Shown piece after piece: positions 14,002 to 26,334 of a stretch of 64,000 nucleotides of DNA. Source of the stretch: Paramecium tetraurelia (taxonomy: Eukaryota); the NCBI GenBank assembly GCA_000165425.1, contig CT868672.1, positions 178,048 through 242,047 of the forward strand, written 5' to 3'. How positions within the stretch are numbered: the stretch's first letter is position 1; each line of letters opens with the position of its first letter. The position numbers and the translations under genes are program-made. The notes below the pieces were generated by a model that did no database searches, was not told the DNA's origin, and was given only the letters and a program-made list of their open reading frames with translations.

Positions 14002-15347
14002 TCAATGAATTAGAATTTGCATCTCAATTCCTGATTGTTCTTAGTCGATATGACTGGTTTTTTAGTACACAAAGCCTATAACAAATAATGCTCCACTCAT
14101 GATTACACTAGTCTTATCAAAGCCAACCTAATCTATAAATATTCCTCCTATAATAGGCCCAATCAAATCTCCTAATGACCATCCTGCAATTAAAAGTGTT
14201 GAACCAACCTCTGCTGCTTAATCTTTATGTTTAAACTTCTCCATAATTTGTACAATCAACGGCATCATAATGGCAGGTCTAGAAATTAATAATTGAATTA
14301 CGCTGATCCAATTCCGATGCCTCTTATAATATCAGCAAAACATATAATGTAAATAGACTTTGGTAATCCAATCATGGTTGGACCATAAAGTAGAAGACTC
14401 AAAGCTCCAATATAAAGACAGTAAGTATAAAGCTAATTTAAAGTATACTTTTTCTATTCGGCTATATAATAAGCTCCAAAAAAGCTTACAATAGTGTAAA
14501 TCATAAATAGGAATTAAGAATTTGCATCATCTAGTTCATAAACTTCCAATAATTAAACAGACTAATGTTAATTGATAAAATTACCAAATAAGTACGCAAG
14601 GCTTATGCAGTTACTCCTAGGAAGAAATATGAAGTAAAAGTCACGTTCAATTCATGAATTTTAAACACCTCATAATAATTGATTGAAACTTCCTATTGCT
14701 CTTGATTGAAGTTGAATATCCTCTCATCTAAAAACATGACAACACAAATAGCTATGAAAAAGTATAGAAAGGCAACGAAATATAAGGAGTATTGAAAAGT
14801 ATTAAAGCTATATATATCTGCTAGAATAAATAGAACACCGCTTATCAAAGGGCCACAAATTAAACCAAAGTTGCAAGCCATTTCTAATTTGGCAATCTTT
14901 TCTGATACTTGTTCTGAAAACAAATGTCCAGTTATGGAATATGAAGGAACCTAAATCATGGTGTTTGACTAAATATTTAATAAATTGCTTTACAATGCCT
15001 TAAAAGAATCTTAAAATTGATGAGAGTATAAAAAAGAGGGCCCCATTCAAATAATATGAAATCCCCAAAATTATGGATATTACCAACTATCCAATCAAAC
15101 CATAAAAAATGATGTTTTTAGTACTATGCATTTTACCCAACTTCCAAGAAGCTAGTATACATCCCAGGGGGTAAAAACACATAATAATTCCAATTCCAGC
15201 TTCAGTGAACCCCTTTTCTTTTATTAATGGGGGAAAGAGAGGAATCATCATCATGTAGCTTGCATTTGCCATCAAAATCAACATTACAATGATGATGAAA
15301 GAACTATCCCTATTTGATTAGAAAGGACTTATGTTTACGTCAATCAT
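14002..15347 (-). CDS. MFS transporter (SLC18B1/vesicular amine transporter-like)
   Basis: ASYMMMIPLFPPLIKEKG, LRFFQGI, LEMACNFGLICGPLISG, SLGDLIGPIIGG; many TM helices; ends EMQILIH-TGA. Confidence 0.88.
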
Positions 15348-15969
15348 TTTGCTAAATTTAAATAATAATGTGACTTGATTTTTAATAATACGCCCTAAAT
15401 TGCTTTAAATTACACTGATAATTTTTATTATAAAATGAATGTTTTTTTATTGTTTTTGAAACATTACCTTTTATGAAACAATATGATATATTTTATTTTT
15501 ATACACTTTAAGATTTTCTTAAGGATGTAATTATAAATAAATATCAAACTGTAGTTCCAGAAAGAATTGGATATACAGTTTCAAATTTGGCTAATTCGTT
15601 TATAAATATGTATATTCTTTTATTTTAATTTGTGTGTGTTCAATATTGGTTAAGTAATTAAGTCTTATTTATATTTGAGATGAGTTCTTCATATTTATCC
15701 AATGCTCTTGAAATCAGATTATACAAATTAATTTAGAAAGTGAAGTATAATAAAATAGAATATAAAAATACTCAAATTCGAATGAGAACTTGATTAAAAA
15801 ATGGAATCAAGTTATTTTTGACACACTAGTAATTAAGTTATCAATTAATGAATTTGAAGTATTCTATTATTTTAATAAATTCAATTTATATCAGCCTGGT
15901 TTTCTGAATCACATAATATATTCCAAAATCTTTTTGCCGTAATAATCTAAATATTTTAATTAAATTAAA

Positions 15970-17482
15970 ATGTCGAAGTTTTCATAATTTTTAGAGGACA
16001 TCAGTGATTTTAAAGAGAGACCTGTTAAATTAAAACAGATTAAAAAGGTTCTAAAGATTAACGAGAAAAGCTTTCCTCCTTGCAAAAATATCTTGAACTA
16101 TTACTTCTAGGAATTTTCAAAGTAGATTATAATACTTATATGTAGACGCACAAATGAGGAACATCGTACTAAATGGCATAGAAAAGATAAAATTTTATTT
16201 GTATGGACTGTGCTAAAATATTTTGAATTCATAAAGAAGAACGATCTAAACCCTGTAATACGAATTTTATACGATAGTCTGAAGATGATTGGCATTATCT
16301 ATCAAATGTCTTAGGAGTAACAGAACAGCTATTGAATTTAAAGTGGATCAGCATGCTCAAAACCAATCTGAAAATGGCCCCTTGGAACCCTGAGGAAGAT
16401 GAAATATTGCAAAGCTTAATCACAGATCCAAACGAAAATAAAAATTGGACTTAAATTACCATTGATTTCAATAGAATAAATCCTGCCAAAATAGTTAGAC
16501 ATGCTAAATAAATTAGAGAAAGATGGAATAACTATTTGAATCCTGATCTAAAAAAGTATAGCAAAATTTTTAATTAGATCTGAGTGGTCATAACCCGAAT
16601 AATTACAACTATTGTTGCTAGTTTAAGAAATGGGTAAGAGATGGTCCCTTATTTCGAAAAAAATATCAGGAAGAACAGAAAATTAGGTAAAAAATCAATA
16701 CAATTCGATGATGAACACCTATAGAAGACAAAATGTATGAAACACCTTAAATCTTTAGTAGCTAGATAACGAAGATATAGCAATCAAAAAGTTATTGGCC
16801 AATTTATAGGGAAAAGACTATGAAGGCCCCTTACCATTGACTTGTAAACGCATAAGAAAAACAGTTAATAATAATAACATCAATAATTAAAATTCTAATA
16901 ATAATAACAACAATAATAATAATGCCACAGTATATTAAACTACTAGTAATGATTAAAAGAATATGCAAATAGAAAGTAATGAAATAAAAGAAGAGCACTA
17001 ATAAGATTAATAATTGTAATCATAATAAATGCTCTAACAATAATAATTATTAAACTAACAACAGTAATTGTAATAGCAACAGCAACAATAATCACTCATG
17101 CTTGGATTACCTGTATTTTCTCCAATGTTGCCTTTCTCTCCATTACATTATCTGATTAGTAATTTTTTACTTTATTTCTTTAGAGTCGAGTCCAAATAAT
17201 ATATCCTCACCTTACGAAATGAGGAATAAGAATTATTCTAGTTAATTACAGCTTTTTGATGAATATATGAAATCTACTAACAATCTTGACTAAAGTGCCC
17301 CCCAATCAGAGGCTTGTCTATTAAGGTTGTTTAATTCGCCTGCATTTAATCATTAAGGGTTTCCTTATGCAACTATGCCTTACTAATAACCTACATAACA
17401 GTAACCTGCATATAATACAAAAAAAATAAATAAAATTCAAAAAGAATTGCTAAAATTTGATAAAGGAGTGAACAGAGATTGA
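15970..17482 (+). CDS. Myb-domain transcription factor (three Myb-like repeats) with N/Q-rich tail
   Basis: APWNPEEDEIL, KQIRERWNNYLNPDLKKSEWS, MGKRWSLISKKISGRTENQVKN; five tiny introns. Confidence 0.92.
16866..17095 (+). repeat. Poly-Asn / poly-Gln coding microsatellite
   Basis: (aat/aac)n followed by (taa/caa/cag/tag)n tracts within the Myb CDS. Confidence 0.8.
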
Positions 17483-18178
17483 TCTTTTTTATTTTATTTA
17501 GAAAATAGTATTTTTCGTAAATATATATATAAGAGAATTAGATTGAATAATTGAAAGAGATTATTACTAATCAATCAACTTAAATTGATATCTAATCCTA
17601 ATGTATTAAATTATAAATTGATACTCATATTTAATATTGTGAATTAGAAACACAGGATTTTTTGTTTTATTAAGATTACCATTGTGATTATGTCCCTTAA
17701 ATCCCCCATAGTTTATAGAATTATTTTATTATAAATACAATTATAGTTTAATACAATTACTCTCTAATCTCATTCCTATTAGATCAAATTCATATTACCC
17801 TCGATTATTTTACTTTATCTTATGTGAATCAGAATCAATAGCAAGATCATCGTTTTTGGAGAATGAGTTATTTTTTCTGGAATAGTGAAGCGTTACTTTT
17901 TCATTTATTATATTAAGAGATCCCAATACTAATATCATAATGTAGCAGGCTATTGTAGTTAATATTTGTTAAACAATAAAAATGAACCAAAATATACTAG
18001 AAAGTCTTGATTATGATAACTTAAATTATTAAAATTTCAAAAGTAAATTATTAAAATATAGAGAAAAGTCATTAGAAAATAATAGAATTTAAATTTATAC
18101 AATTTGAAAATTTTAATTAAAAATGAGAAAATATTATTTTAAATGATTTAATCAAAAAAATAAAAATGAAAATCATGC

Positions 18179-19334
18179 TCACCCAGAACTCTCAGCATCA
18201 CTGCTAAATGAACTGTCTCCAGTGTCAAGTTGATTTTGTTGAATAGCCGGTTATGAAGCATAGTTATATGCAGTGTTAGCTGTATGAACCTTATTGATAT
18301 TGCTAATATCTTACAATCCTATCGGTTTTATCTTATTCTTTAGTTTCTTCTGCGACTTTCTTATTTTGCTATTTTCTTAAGTGTTCCAGTTTAGTGTTTA
18401 CATATTTTTCTAATTGCCTAGTTTTTTTGACAGGGAGTGTATCTATATCGAATTCCAGTTCTTCACTTTAGTCTTAGATTTTTAATCCATCAGACACGAT
18501 CTCCCAAACTCCTCTCAAATGTTCAGGTGGTAAACTATTTATATTTGAAACTAAGGCTCTCTTTTCTTACATATTCATCGGTTATTCCATAGGACTAGGC
18601 TGCTTTCTAAGGATCTAATAAGATATTTATACACTGGCTTCTTATTAAGGGCTGGTGTCTAATGCACTGCAGGAGGTTTCTTTTATTATTTATCAGTTTT
18701 AACTGGTTGATCAACTATTTATTTTTATGGATATGGTTTATCTAATTCTTTATACAATTCATTAAAATGTTATTCCAGTTCTTAAGTCATTGCATATAAT
18801 TAAGAACCTTTGTTGTTCATTGTATAGGACATTTACCATATCTTCTTAATGTCTACCCAAAATTAAGTAGCTGTCTGATAAACATCTTATCATTGTAAAA
18901 AGATATAGATACTATTTTTGAGATTCAGTTCGACTGTTTATAAGTCAACATATTCTAATTCTTAAGGATAATTAACATTATCCAATTTTCTTAAAAATGG
19001 AGCTGCCAATTAATGTTTTTTCAATCTTTATAGTAAGGCCAAACATTTTTTGATGTCAGCTGAATTTTCAACTCTATATGGTGCTACATAAGGCTTTTTA
19101 ACGACTTTATTATCATCCTCAGATGAAATATCCTATTGGACCTTCTAAAATTTATATTTTTTTTAATAAAACTTTGACGTCTCTTTTAGATTATCTGCTT
19201 AAACTAACGCTAAACCCAAAGGGTAGTTTCTTAGCAATCACTCTAGCCTGGTCAGAGGTGAGATGAACTTAAAAAATATCCTCTATTTGCTAGAATCAAA
19301 AATTAAAATTAAATCGTACACAAAAGGTAGTCAT
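18179..19334 (-). CDS. Bromodomain + extra-terminal (ET) domain protein (BET/GTE-like)
   Basis: KKCLALLQRLKKHQLAAPFL...VDLQTVELNLK...FWVDIKKIWQMSYTMN; ET domain PMNMQEKRALVSNINSLPPEHLRGVWEIV...ELEFDIDTLP. Confidence 0.88.
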
Positions 19335-19856
19335 ATCTGTTGTAATGGTTTCTAAAGGAGGAGATATTCTTTTGAAAACAAATTATTTTAATTATTATTT
19401 TTTTCTGAATTCCAATTTGAAACCCTTTAAAAATATGACCGGGGTGTAAAAATCATTAAAAATAATTTAAATTTTTCAATATATCGTAAAAAATATAGTA
19501 TATGTGAAGAGAGAGCAACAAAATGTATATTTAAACAAAATTGTTCATTATTAATAGAATATATTACATTTTTTGTTTGTATGGACTACCTCTAATACAT
19601 TAATTTAACGAATATAATAATTTAATAATTCATAGATCAATCAGAGATTCTTTCTAATTTTTATTTTATCATAATACTACCCAAATATTCATTCAGTAAT
19701 TTGGATCACATAGTTTGTTCCAAAAGAAGATGATTATTATTACACTGTTTTCTATAATTCTTTATTTTATATTAATAATTAAATTCCAAGAACACTCTAG
19801 ATCATACTTGGTTAGAATTCATATCAATTAACAAAAACAAAATTGAATTAAATGTA

Positions 19857-22476
19857 TCAAAGCATTTTCCAACTATTCTTCTCTGGCTAAGTAGTATTTA
19901 CATTTGAATACGAAAAAGAACTTGAACTCTCCTAATCTTTGTTTAAACCTACAATCAGGCAAAATCTTACCAGGGGATGAATTTCTTATCTTCGACCTCA
20001 AATTTTAAGGATTCCCAACATGACTGCTTTTGCACTTTTGATCATCTTAAGTAATTTCATATTGTATAATATTTACTTTTAATTGCTGGTGAGAATGTTC
20101 TTGTATTCACTGTTGATGGTTTTTACACAAATGTTATGGCTGCTGATTAAATACTATCCTTTCCTTTGCTAAATAGGTTAATTCAAAACAAATACATTTG
20201 TTTGATACTCTAAGTTTTTTCTGTCAATTCTTATAAAACTCTAATGGGTTGATTTTTTAAAAATTATGCTTAACTTTTTGTCAAACTTTAAGGTGAAATC
20301 AACTTTTTCAGATGGTTTACATCAGAAGCCAATCCCTAAACTACTTTTTACTGCATCTTTGAATCTGGCTCTATATTTGAATTACTATTGTTGTTAAAAC
20401 TACTATTATTCTGTACTTAATTAGCACTTTGATTTAAATATTTATCTTGAAATGAATTATTCGGTTTTTACTGATTCCTTAATGTGGATGCAGCTTATCT
20501 TCGACATTAGACATTTCTAAGATAAAGTTAAGAATTTGACTAAGGTAAAGGGGGTCCATATTAATGCATTTTCTTAATTGGATCTTTTTGAAATGGAGAT
20601 AAACTCTCCTTTTTTTAAACGCTATTGCTTTTTTATTGATCCTTAATATCAGCGCTATTTGGCCTATTCTTACTGTCTAAATCTTCTCCTTTTTTTATGA
20701 GAGAACTACTTCTATCTTAAATTTTAGAAATGTTTGCTATATTTGTTGTACTTTATTCTGCTGAAATTTTACTATTATTTTGCTGTTGCTGTTGAATTTG
20801 ACTAGTCGACTATGATAGTTTCATCTAATTATTCATTTACAATTATTAAAACTTTTAATAACTTGATTATAATTATGTTATGGATTAAGTTAAGGTTTTT
20901 TAAATTTCTGAATGTTTTGTTGAACTCATAGTAGAAATCAATGTTGGACTAATTAATTAATCTAATTTAGTCTTTTATTGGGATGCTAATTGCTGTTATG
21001 GAGATAATTAGATTTATAATTTTGAATCATTTTATTAAGATTAATTTGAAATATTAGATTATTATTATTATTATTATTACTATTAAACAACGTTCATTAA
21101 ATGTTTATCCATATTTAATATAGTTTCAGACTATTTATTAAAATAATGTAATGATTATTATACTTGATTTTTAAATTCTTAAAAGTTAGTTAAGAGAGAT
21201 GGAGAAGCATCCTTTTATTTGACAGAACTTGGACGATTATTCGTAAGATCATTTTAATTCTTCTTATCATCATTTTATTATAAAGATGTGCTTCTCACTC
21301 CACTTGGCTGATTAATGAACTAAGGACTTTACATTTGATCTGATGATATAGGAGAAGTCTTTTTTTCCTATTATGAATTTTACTTTTATCTTTATGCACA
21401 ATGCATTAGTAAATTTTAAAAGGATTAATTATTACTCATTTAAGCATTTTATTTAAATGATTCACAATCATCTTATTTGAGTTATTTACAAATGTGGTTA
21501 TTTTAGTTTGGAAACTTAGGAAAATTGTGTTAGATTTACGGTTATTTTGCAGGTTAATTTAAAGTAGTTTTTTATACTCCCTTATAATAATCTTAAGCTT
21601 ACTTTTAAAATAGATTGGTAGTCAATATCTTCTTTCAGTTTAGTGTCTGTAATTTATACAAAATCTGGAGATCCTGAATAGACTAAGGTAGATAACTAAA
21701 TGTTTTCTTTGTTCAATTAATCTTTCCACTTAATTTTCTGATTATAAACCTTTCCTAATACTGACTATTATGTATTTTAAATTTATACTAGTTTGGATTG
21801 TAAATTGGTGTAGATATCATCAACCGGTCCATTTTATGAATTGAGAAATGTGTTTCTTATAATTAATTCATCTTAGAGTTATTGAGGATTCAGCTCGTCC
21901 TATGTTAATTGATTCCAAGAAGCAGTTCTCTTGGGCCCATTCTTATTCATTTTGGATTCTAATGCATTTAGTTAATAAAAGAAGGACGCCCTTATTTCAA
22001 GATCTGGTCTTCGAGAATTGAGATATTCGAGTGTTTTGTAGAGTGTCCATGAATACCTTAGAATTTAAATAAATTAACGAACTTTTTCATAAAATAAGCT
22101 GCCAATACGCAACATGCTCTGCTTTAACCCCTGAGTGAATGAACCAAACAACTTTCGCCTTATTGAAAGCACTCTTCGATGAATGCATAAATTTTATTGA
22201 CATTTTCGTTTTTGTCGTCAAATAAGACCTTTTAAATGGAATGTTTTACTTCATTATCTTATTCAAGCCAATTGAATGTAAGATATTTTACATTGATCAT
22301 GATCCACTTGTTTTGCACTTCTGTACCAGAACAATTGATGATATGAGTAACTTTATTATTTACAATGAATTCTCGATCCTATATTATAACTAAAAGGTTA
22401 CTTGTGAGGCGTACTCATCTCCTATGAATAAACCATCCTTTATTTTAATAGCTCCCACTATAATATTCTAGGCCAT
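19857..22476 (-). CDS. Dual-specificity phosphatase-fold protein with catalytic Cys->Ser (pseudophosphatase) and long disordered C-terminus
   Basis: IKIKDGLFIGD, KVTHIINCS, ESCLVHSLRGQSRACCVLAAYFMKKYSWTLYKTLEYLNSRRP; ends NSWKML-TGA. Middle of the tail not fully frame-checked. Confidence 0.85.
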
Positions 22477-22747
22477 ACAAAAGTTTTCAAAAATTTATAT
22501 AATAATTTTTATTTAACATCTCATCACTACTCAAGTACAAACTCAAAAGTATTTCTTGATCTTTTTGGAGTTACAATATTTTTTTTACATCTATTTAAAT
22601 GAAAAAACTTGTTAAATATAGTAAGACTAGTAGAGTATGTACTTTCAAAGGGCGTGCAAACTTCATTGAAGTAATGCTACTAAAATAATGATATCATTTA
22701 TATAGGAAGTTATTAATAAGAGCATTTCATAAATTAATTTAATATTA

Positions 22748-24416
22748 ATGAATACCAACCTATAATTACACTTGCCAAAATTACAGCAATTCATTTAGAA
22801 TTTTGCAGAGGACACGAGTTCAGTAGATTTATCAAAGTTGTAGAGCACACTTGAGTTGAGAATTCAATAAACTTTTATTACTCTTAATGAAGTACTTCAC
22901 TTTTACGAATATTGCTAATCGCAGTAATTGAGTTTTTTACAAACAAATTAGGGAGTTCTTAAAAATGCATGGTTCGAGGAATTGGACAGATGAAGAATGG
23001 AAAATACTATTATGGGTAATGTAGTAGTATTGCTAATTGCATTAAAAAAGCAGTGATGAATTTGTAAATCTATATAAGTTTACTTTAGTAAGGATAGGAC
23101 TGGAATAATATATCTGAAATAATAGCATTCAAAGACTCATTAAATTGTTAATTTAAATGGCTTTCTCATTTGAGAGTTGTTCCTTCCAATAAGAATTGGT
23201 TGCCTGAAGAAGATAAGTTGCTTTATAAAATAATGACAAAGGAACCAAACATCAAGTGGTTTGAAGTGTAATATGAAATGTTTATTTAATCGCAAGGAAT
23301 CTATTTTAGAAAGGCAAAACAGTATAGAGAGAGATGGAATAATTATCTGAATCCTTAAGTAAATAGGTAAAATTGTTGGTTTATCATCTAAGAGGTATTT
23401 GGACTGAGATTGACGATTATAATTTGTTACAAATCACATTAGTCGAAGGTTTGAGATGGTCGAACATATCAAAGAAGTTAAAAAATAGAACAGAGAACTA
23501 AGTAAAAAATAGGTTCAAGAGCATCATCAATAAGGAGAAAAAGATAGTCTAAACACCCCAGGAATTGCTTTAGGATAATCAAGAAGACCCCCTAAAACAT
23601 GGGTTAGATAAAATGACTGAATTCCTAATTCGTTCAATTCTAAGTAGATTAAAACCAGTGGATCATTCACAGAATTCGAAAAGCAATCAGTAAGAATAAT
23701 AAAGTTACAATAATGAATAATCATTCTCTTAGATTCCCTAATATCCCTATTTAATAGCTCCATAATAATATTACTATTAATAATTTCCATAAATACCCTA
23801 GATCTAAACAATCCCAACAATTCAACCATAATTATAACCAATCAACCCTATCCTGCCTTGTCGGCAATAACAATTACAGGGAATGAGTATCTAAATTCCA
23901 CAACATCAAAATTTAATTTCGTAATAGCTAATGCAATAACAATTAATTCAATAGTAATAATAGATGATCCCAAACATGTACCAAGCCCAATATCTTCCTT
24001 AATAATTTATGTAATAATAATAGTAACAATTTAAATTCAATGTATATTCATCATAACAAAATACTCCAACTAATTCTATTGGAACTCTAAGTTCCTAACG
24101 CTCAGAAAAACTGATTTCAGATTAAATAAAAGAAGAAGAAAATAGTGGATCATCTTCCAACAAAGAGCCTAAAGTTTAAAAATTGGTTTGTGTATCTGCT
24201 TAATCATCCATTAATGGTTCAACAAGTTCGGTGAATTCAATGGATGCAATCAAACAAAACTTTAACAATATGCATTTAGATTCCGAGTAAAACAGTCCGG
24301 ATCCAATACAAAAGAGAAAACATTAGCGTTCACAATCAGGAGCCTTTGATATCAACAATTAAGGAAAGATTAAGACTAAGAGATCGAGATTCTTTTATGC
24401 TTCGAATGATGGTTGA
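22748..24416 (+). CDS. Myb-domain transcription factor (three Myb-like repeats) with Q/P-rich tail
   Basis: RNWTDEEWKILLW, KNWLPEEDKLL, KQYRERWNNYLNPQVNRGIWT, LRWSNISKKLKNRTENQVKNRF; three tiny introns. Confidence 0.92.
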
Positions 24417-24429
24417 ATTAATTTAATTA

Positions 24430-26334
24430 ATGAATAAAATTTTATCAAAATCATTTAGATAAGTTCACAGTTATTGGATATCTAAGTCTTATACTACGGC
24501 TTAAGAAATTCAACTTTGCAGTTCAAGACTAGATTTAGCTCGTGACGATTTAGAATCAGAAGAGTTGACCACCTTGATTTGCACTTAATTAGATCCAACC
24601 AAACTGATTGATATTTACAACAGATACAAACATTAATTTACTGATCGTCATCTATTGTAGAGTTTAAAAATCACAGCCAAAATGCAAGGAATGTACAGCT
24701 TACCAATCCATAATGATTATTTCAATGAATCCTATTAAAATCTAATAAGATAATTCAACCAATATATATCCACCCTAAATAATCTAGATCTTGGTGACTT
24801 CATATATTGGTATAAGAAACTATACTATGACAAACTTAGTGCAGAATACCTAAATTCTGTGGATCGTAAATAATTGCAATAAATTACTAAAAAGTACATT
24901 GAAGAAAATTAGTTCCTACCAAGGTAATTAAACATGATATATGAATGTGTAGAAATGATCTTCCCAAATGATGAATTCCTAAACAAATTTTACATTGATT
25001 ATGTCTTTTCTACCAACGATATCACTATTATTTAACTCATGCAATTTCTAACCTCTATAAATAAGAAATTCATATTAAAGAAGAGAGTTGACCTCTATAG
25101 TATATTGCAAGCTTTAAACTACTCGAAAAATATGCGCAAGAGTTTTGATGTTGATCAATATGCCTTTATGACCAAGACCTTCATTAACATGAGACTAAAA
25201 TATCATATAACAGAGAAATAGTATCTGGAATAATTAGATGATAAATTTGAATATACCAAATAGAATGTTAAATACTTAGAATCAGGATCTATTATTGCCA
25301 TCCTATAGAATTGCAAATATTCAAATCCTGAAGAATACAAATCACTTTTGCTGCTCATACATGAGTAAGTTCAATAAATGTTACAAAAATATGAAGATCA
25401 ATAATGTATTCTTAATTTTGATTTCTTAATTTAATATTTGTAGAATTTGATACAAGCTGATTACATAGATAATAAAGATGTTCTCAAACTTGAATCTGCT
25501 TGTTTAAACTTGCTTAAGGAAAATTATAATATATCAAATGTCAATTAAATGTCAATATACTATTTAGAAAAAAAGACCAAATCTCAACCATTTGTGGAGT
25601 ATTTGAAAATTATTCTAAAAAATCTTACAATTTAGAATATAAACTTAAACATTAAAAATCTTTTATATCTTCATTTTATTTGTGAAGTTGATATTTCTCC
25701 CTATTTAGAAAACCTAAATAATTAGAATTTCTTTGAAGAAAACTAATATGATATTTAAATATCCAAGACATCCATCGTTAATCTGATTATACTATTTGAA
25801 GAATATCCATCAATACAACTTCCTTAATATATTGGTAATTAATATTATAAAATGGGCTCTATGCCACTACTGTTAGCCTTATGTAATTGCTCTTACTTTA
25901 GTCCAAAAATTAGATAACTTTACACTTTAAAGATAAAGAGCCTAAGAAATGAGGATAGATTTGATAAGCGTTTTAGGTAGAATTTGCTGGAATCAATTAA
26001 AACCGAAGAAGATGCTTCTCATTTATTTAAATGGTTTTTTAAAACAAATAAATTTTAATTAAATACTTCTTTACTTCAAGTTCTAAATGCAAATGAAAAT
26101 TATAATGTAAATTATTTTATTTAATAAAAGTATAGTTATCTAGGGCTTAAGCATACTTTTTGTATTTAGTAATTCAAAGTTCTATTGATGTTTTAAACAT
26201 AGAGATAATAATAAATTAATTAACTTACCAAAACAAATTATTTGATCAGCTACTATAAATAGACTCAGAAATTATTAATTAAATCCTTGCATAGTCCTAT
26301 AAATTCAATGAAGGGCAAGGCACAGCCATTATGA
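24430..26334 (+). CDS. Hypothetical helical protein (~634 aa), possible mitochondrial presequence
   Basis: 1905-nt frame containing track ORF 25039-25221 in frame. Basic, acid-free N-terminus MNKILSKSFRQVHSYWISKSY. Confidence 0.7.

Noticed and set aside
16866..17095. AAT/TAA/CAA tandem repeats as a possible array or satellite
   Set aside because: They are coding poly-Asn/poly-Gln tracts with no repeat-spacer structure.
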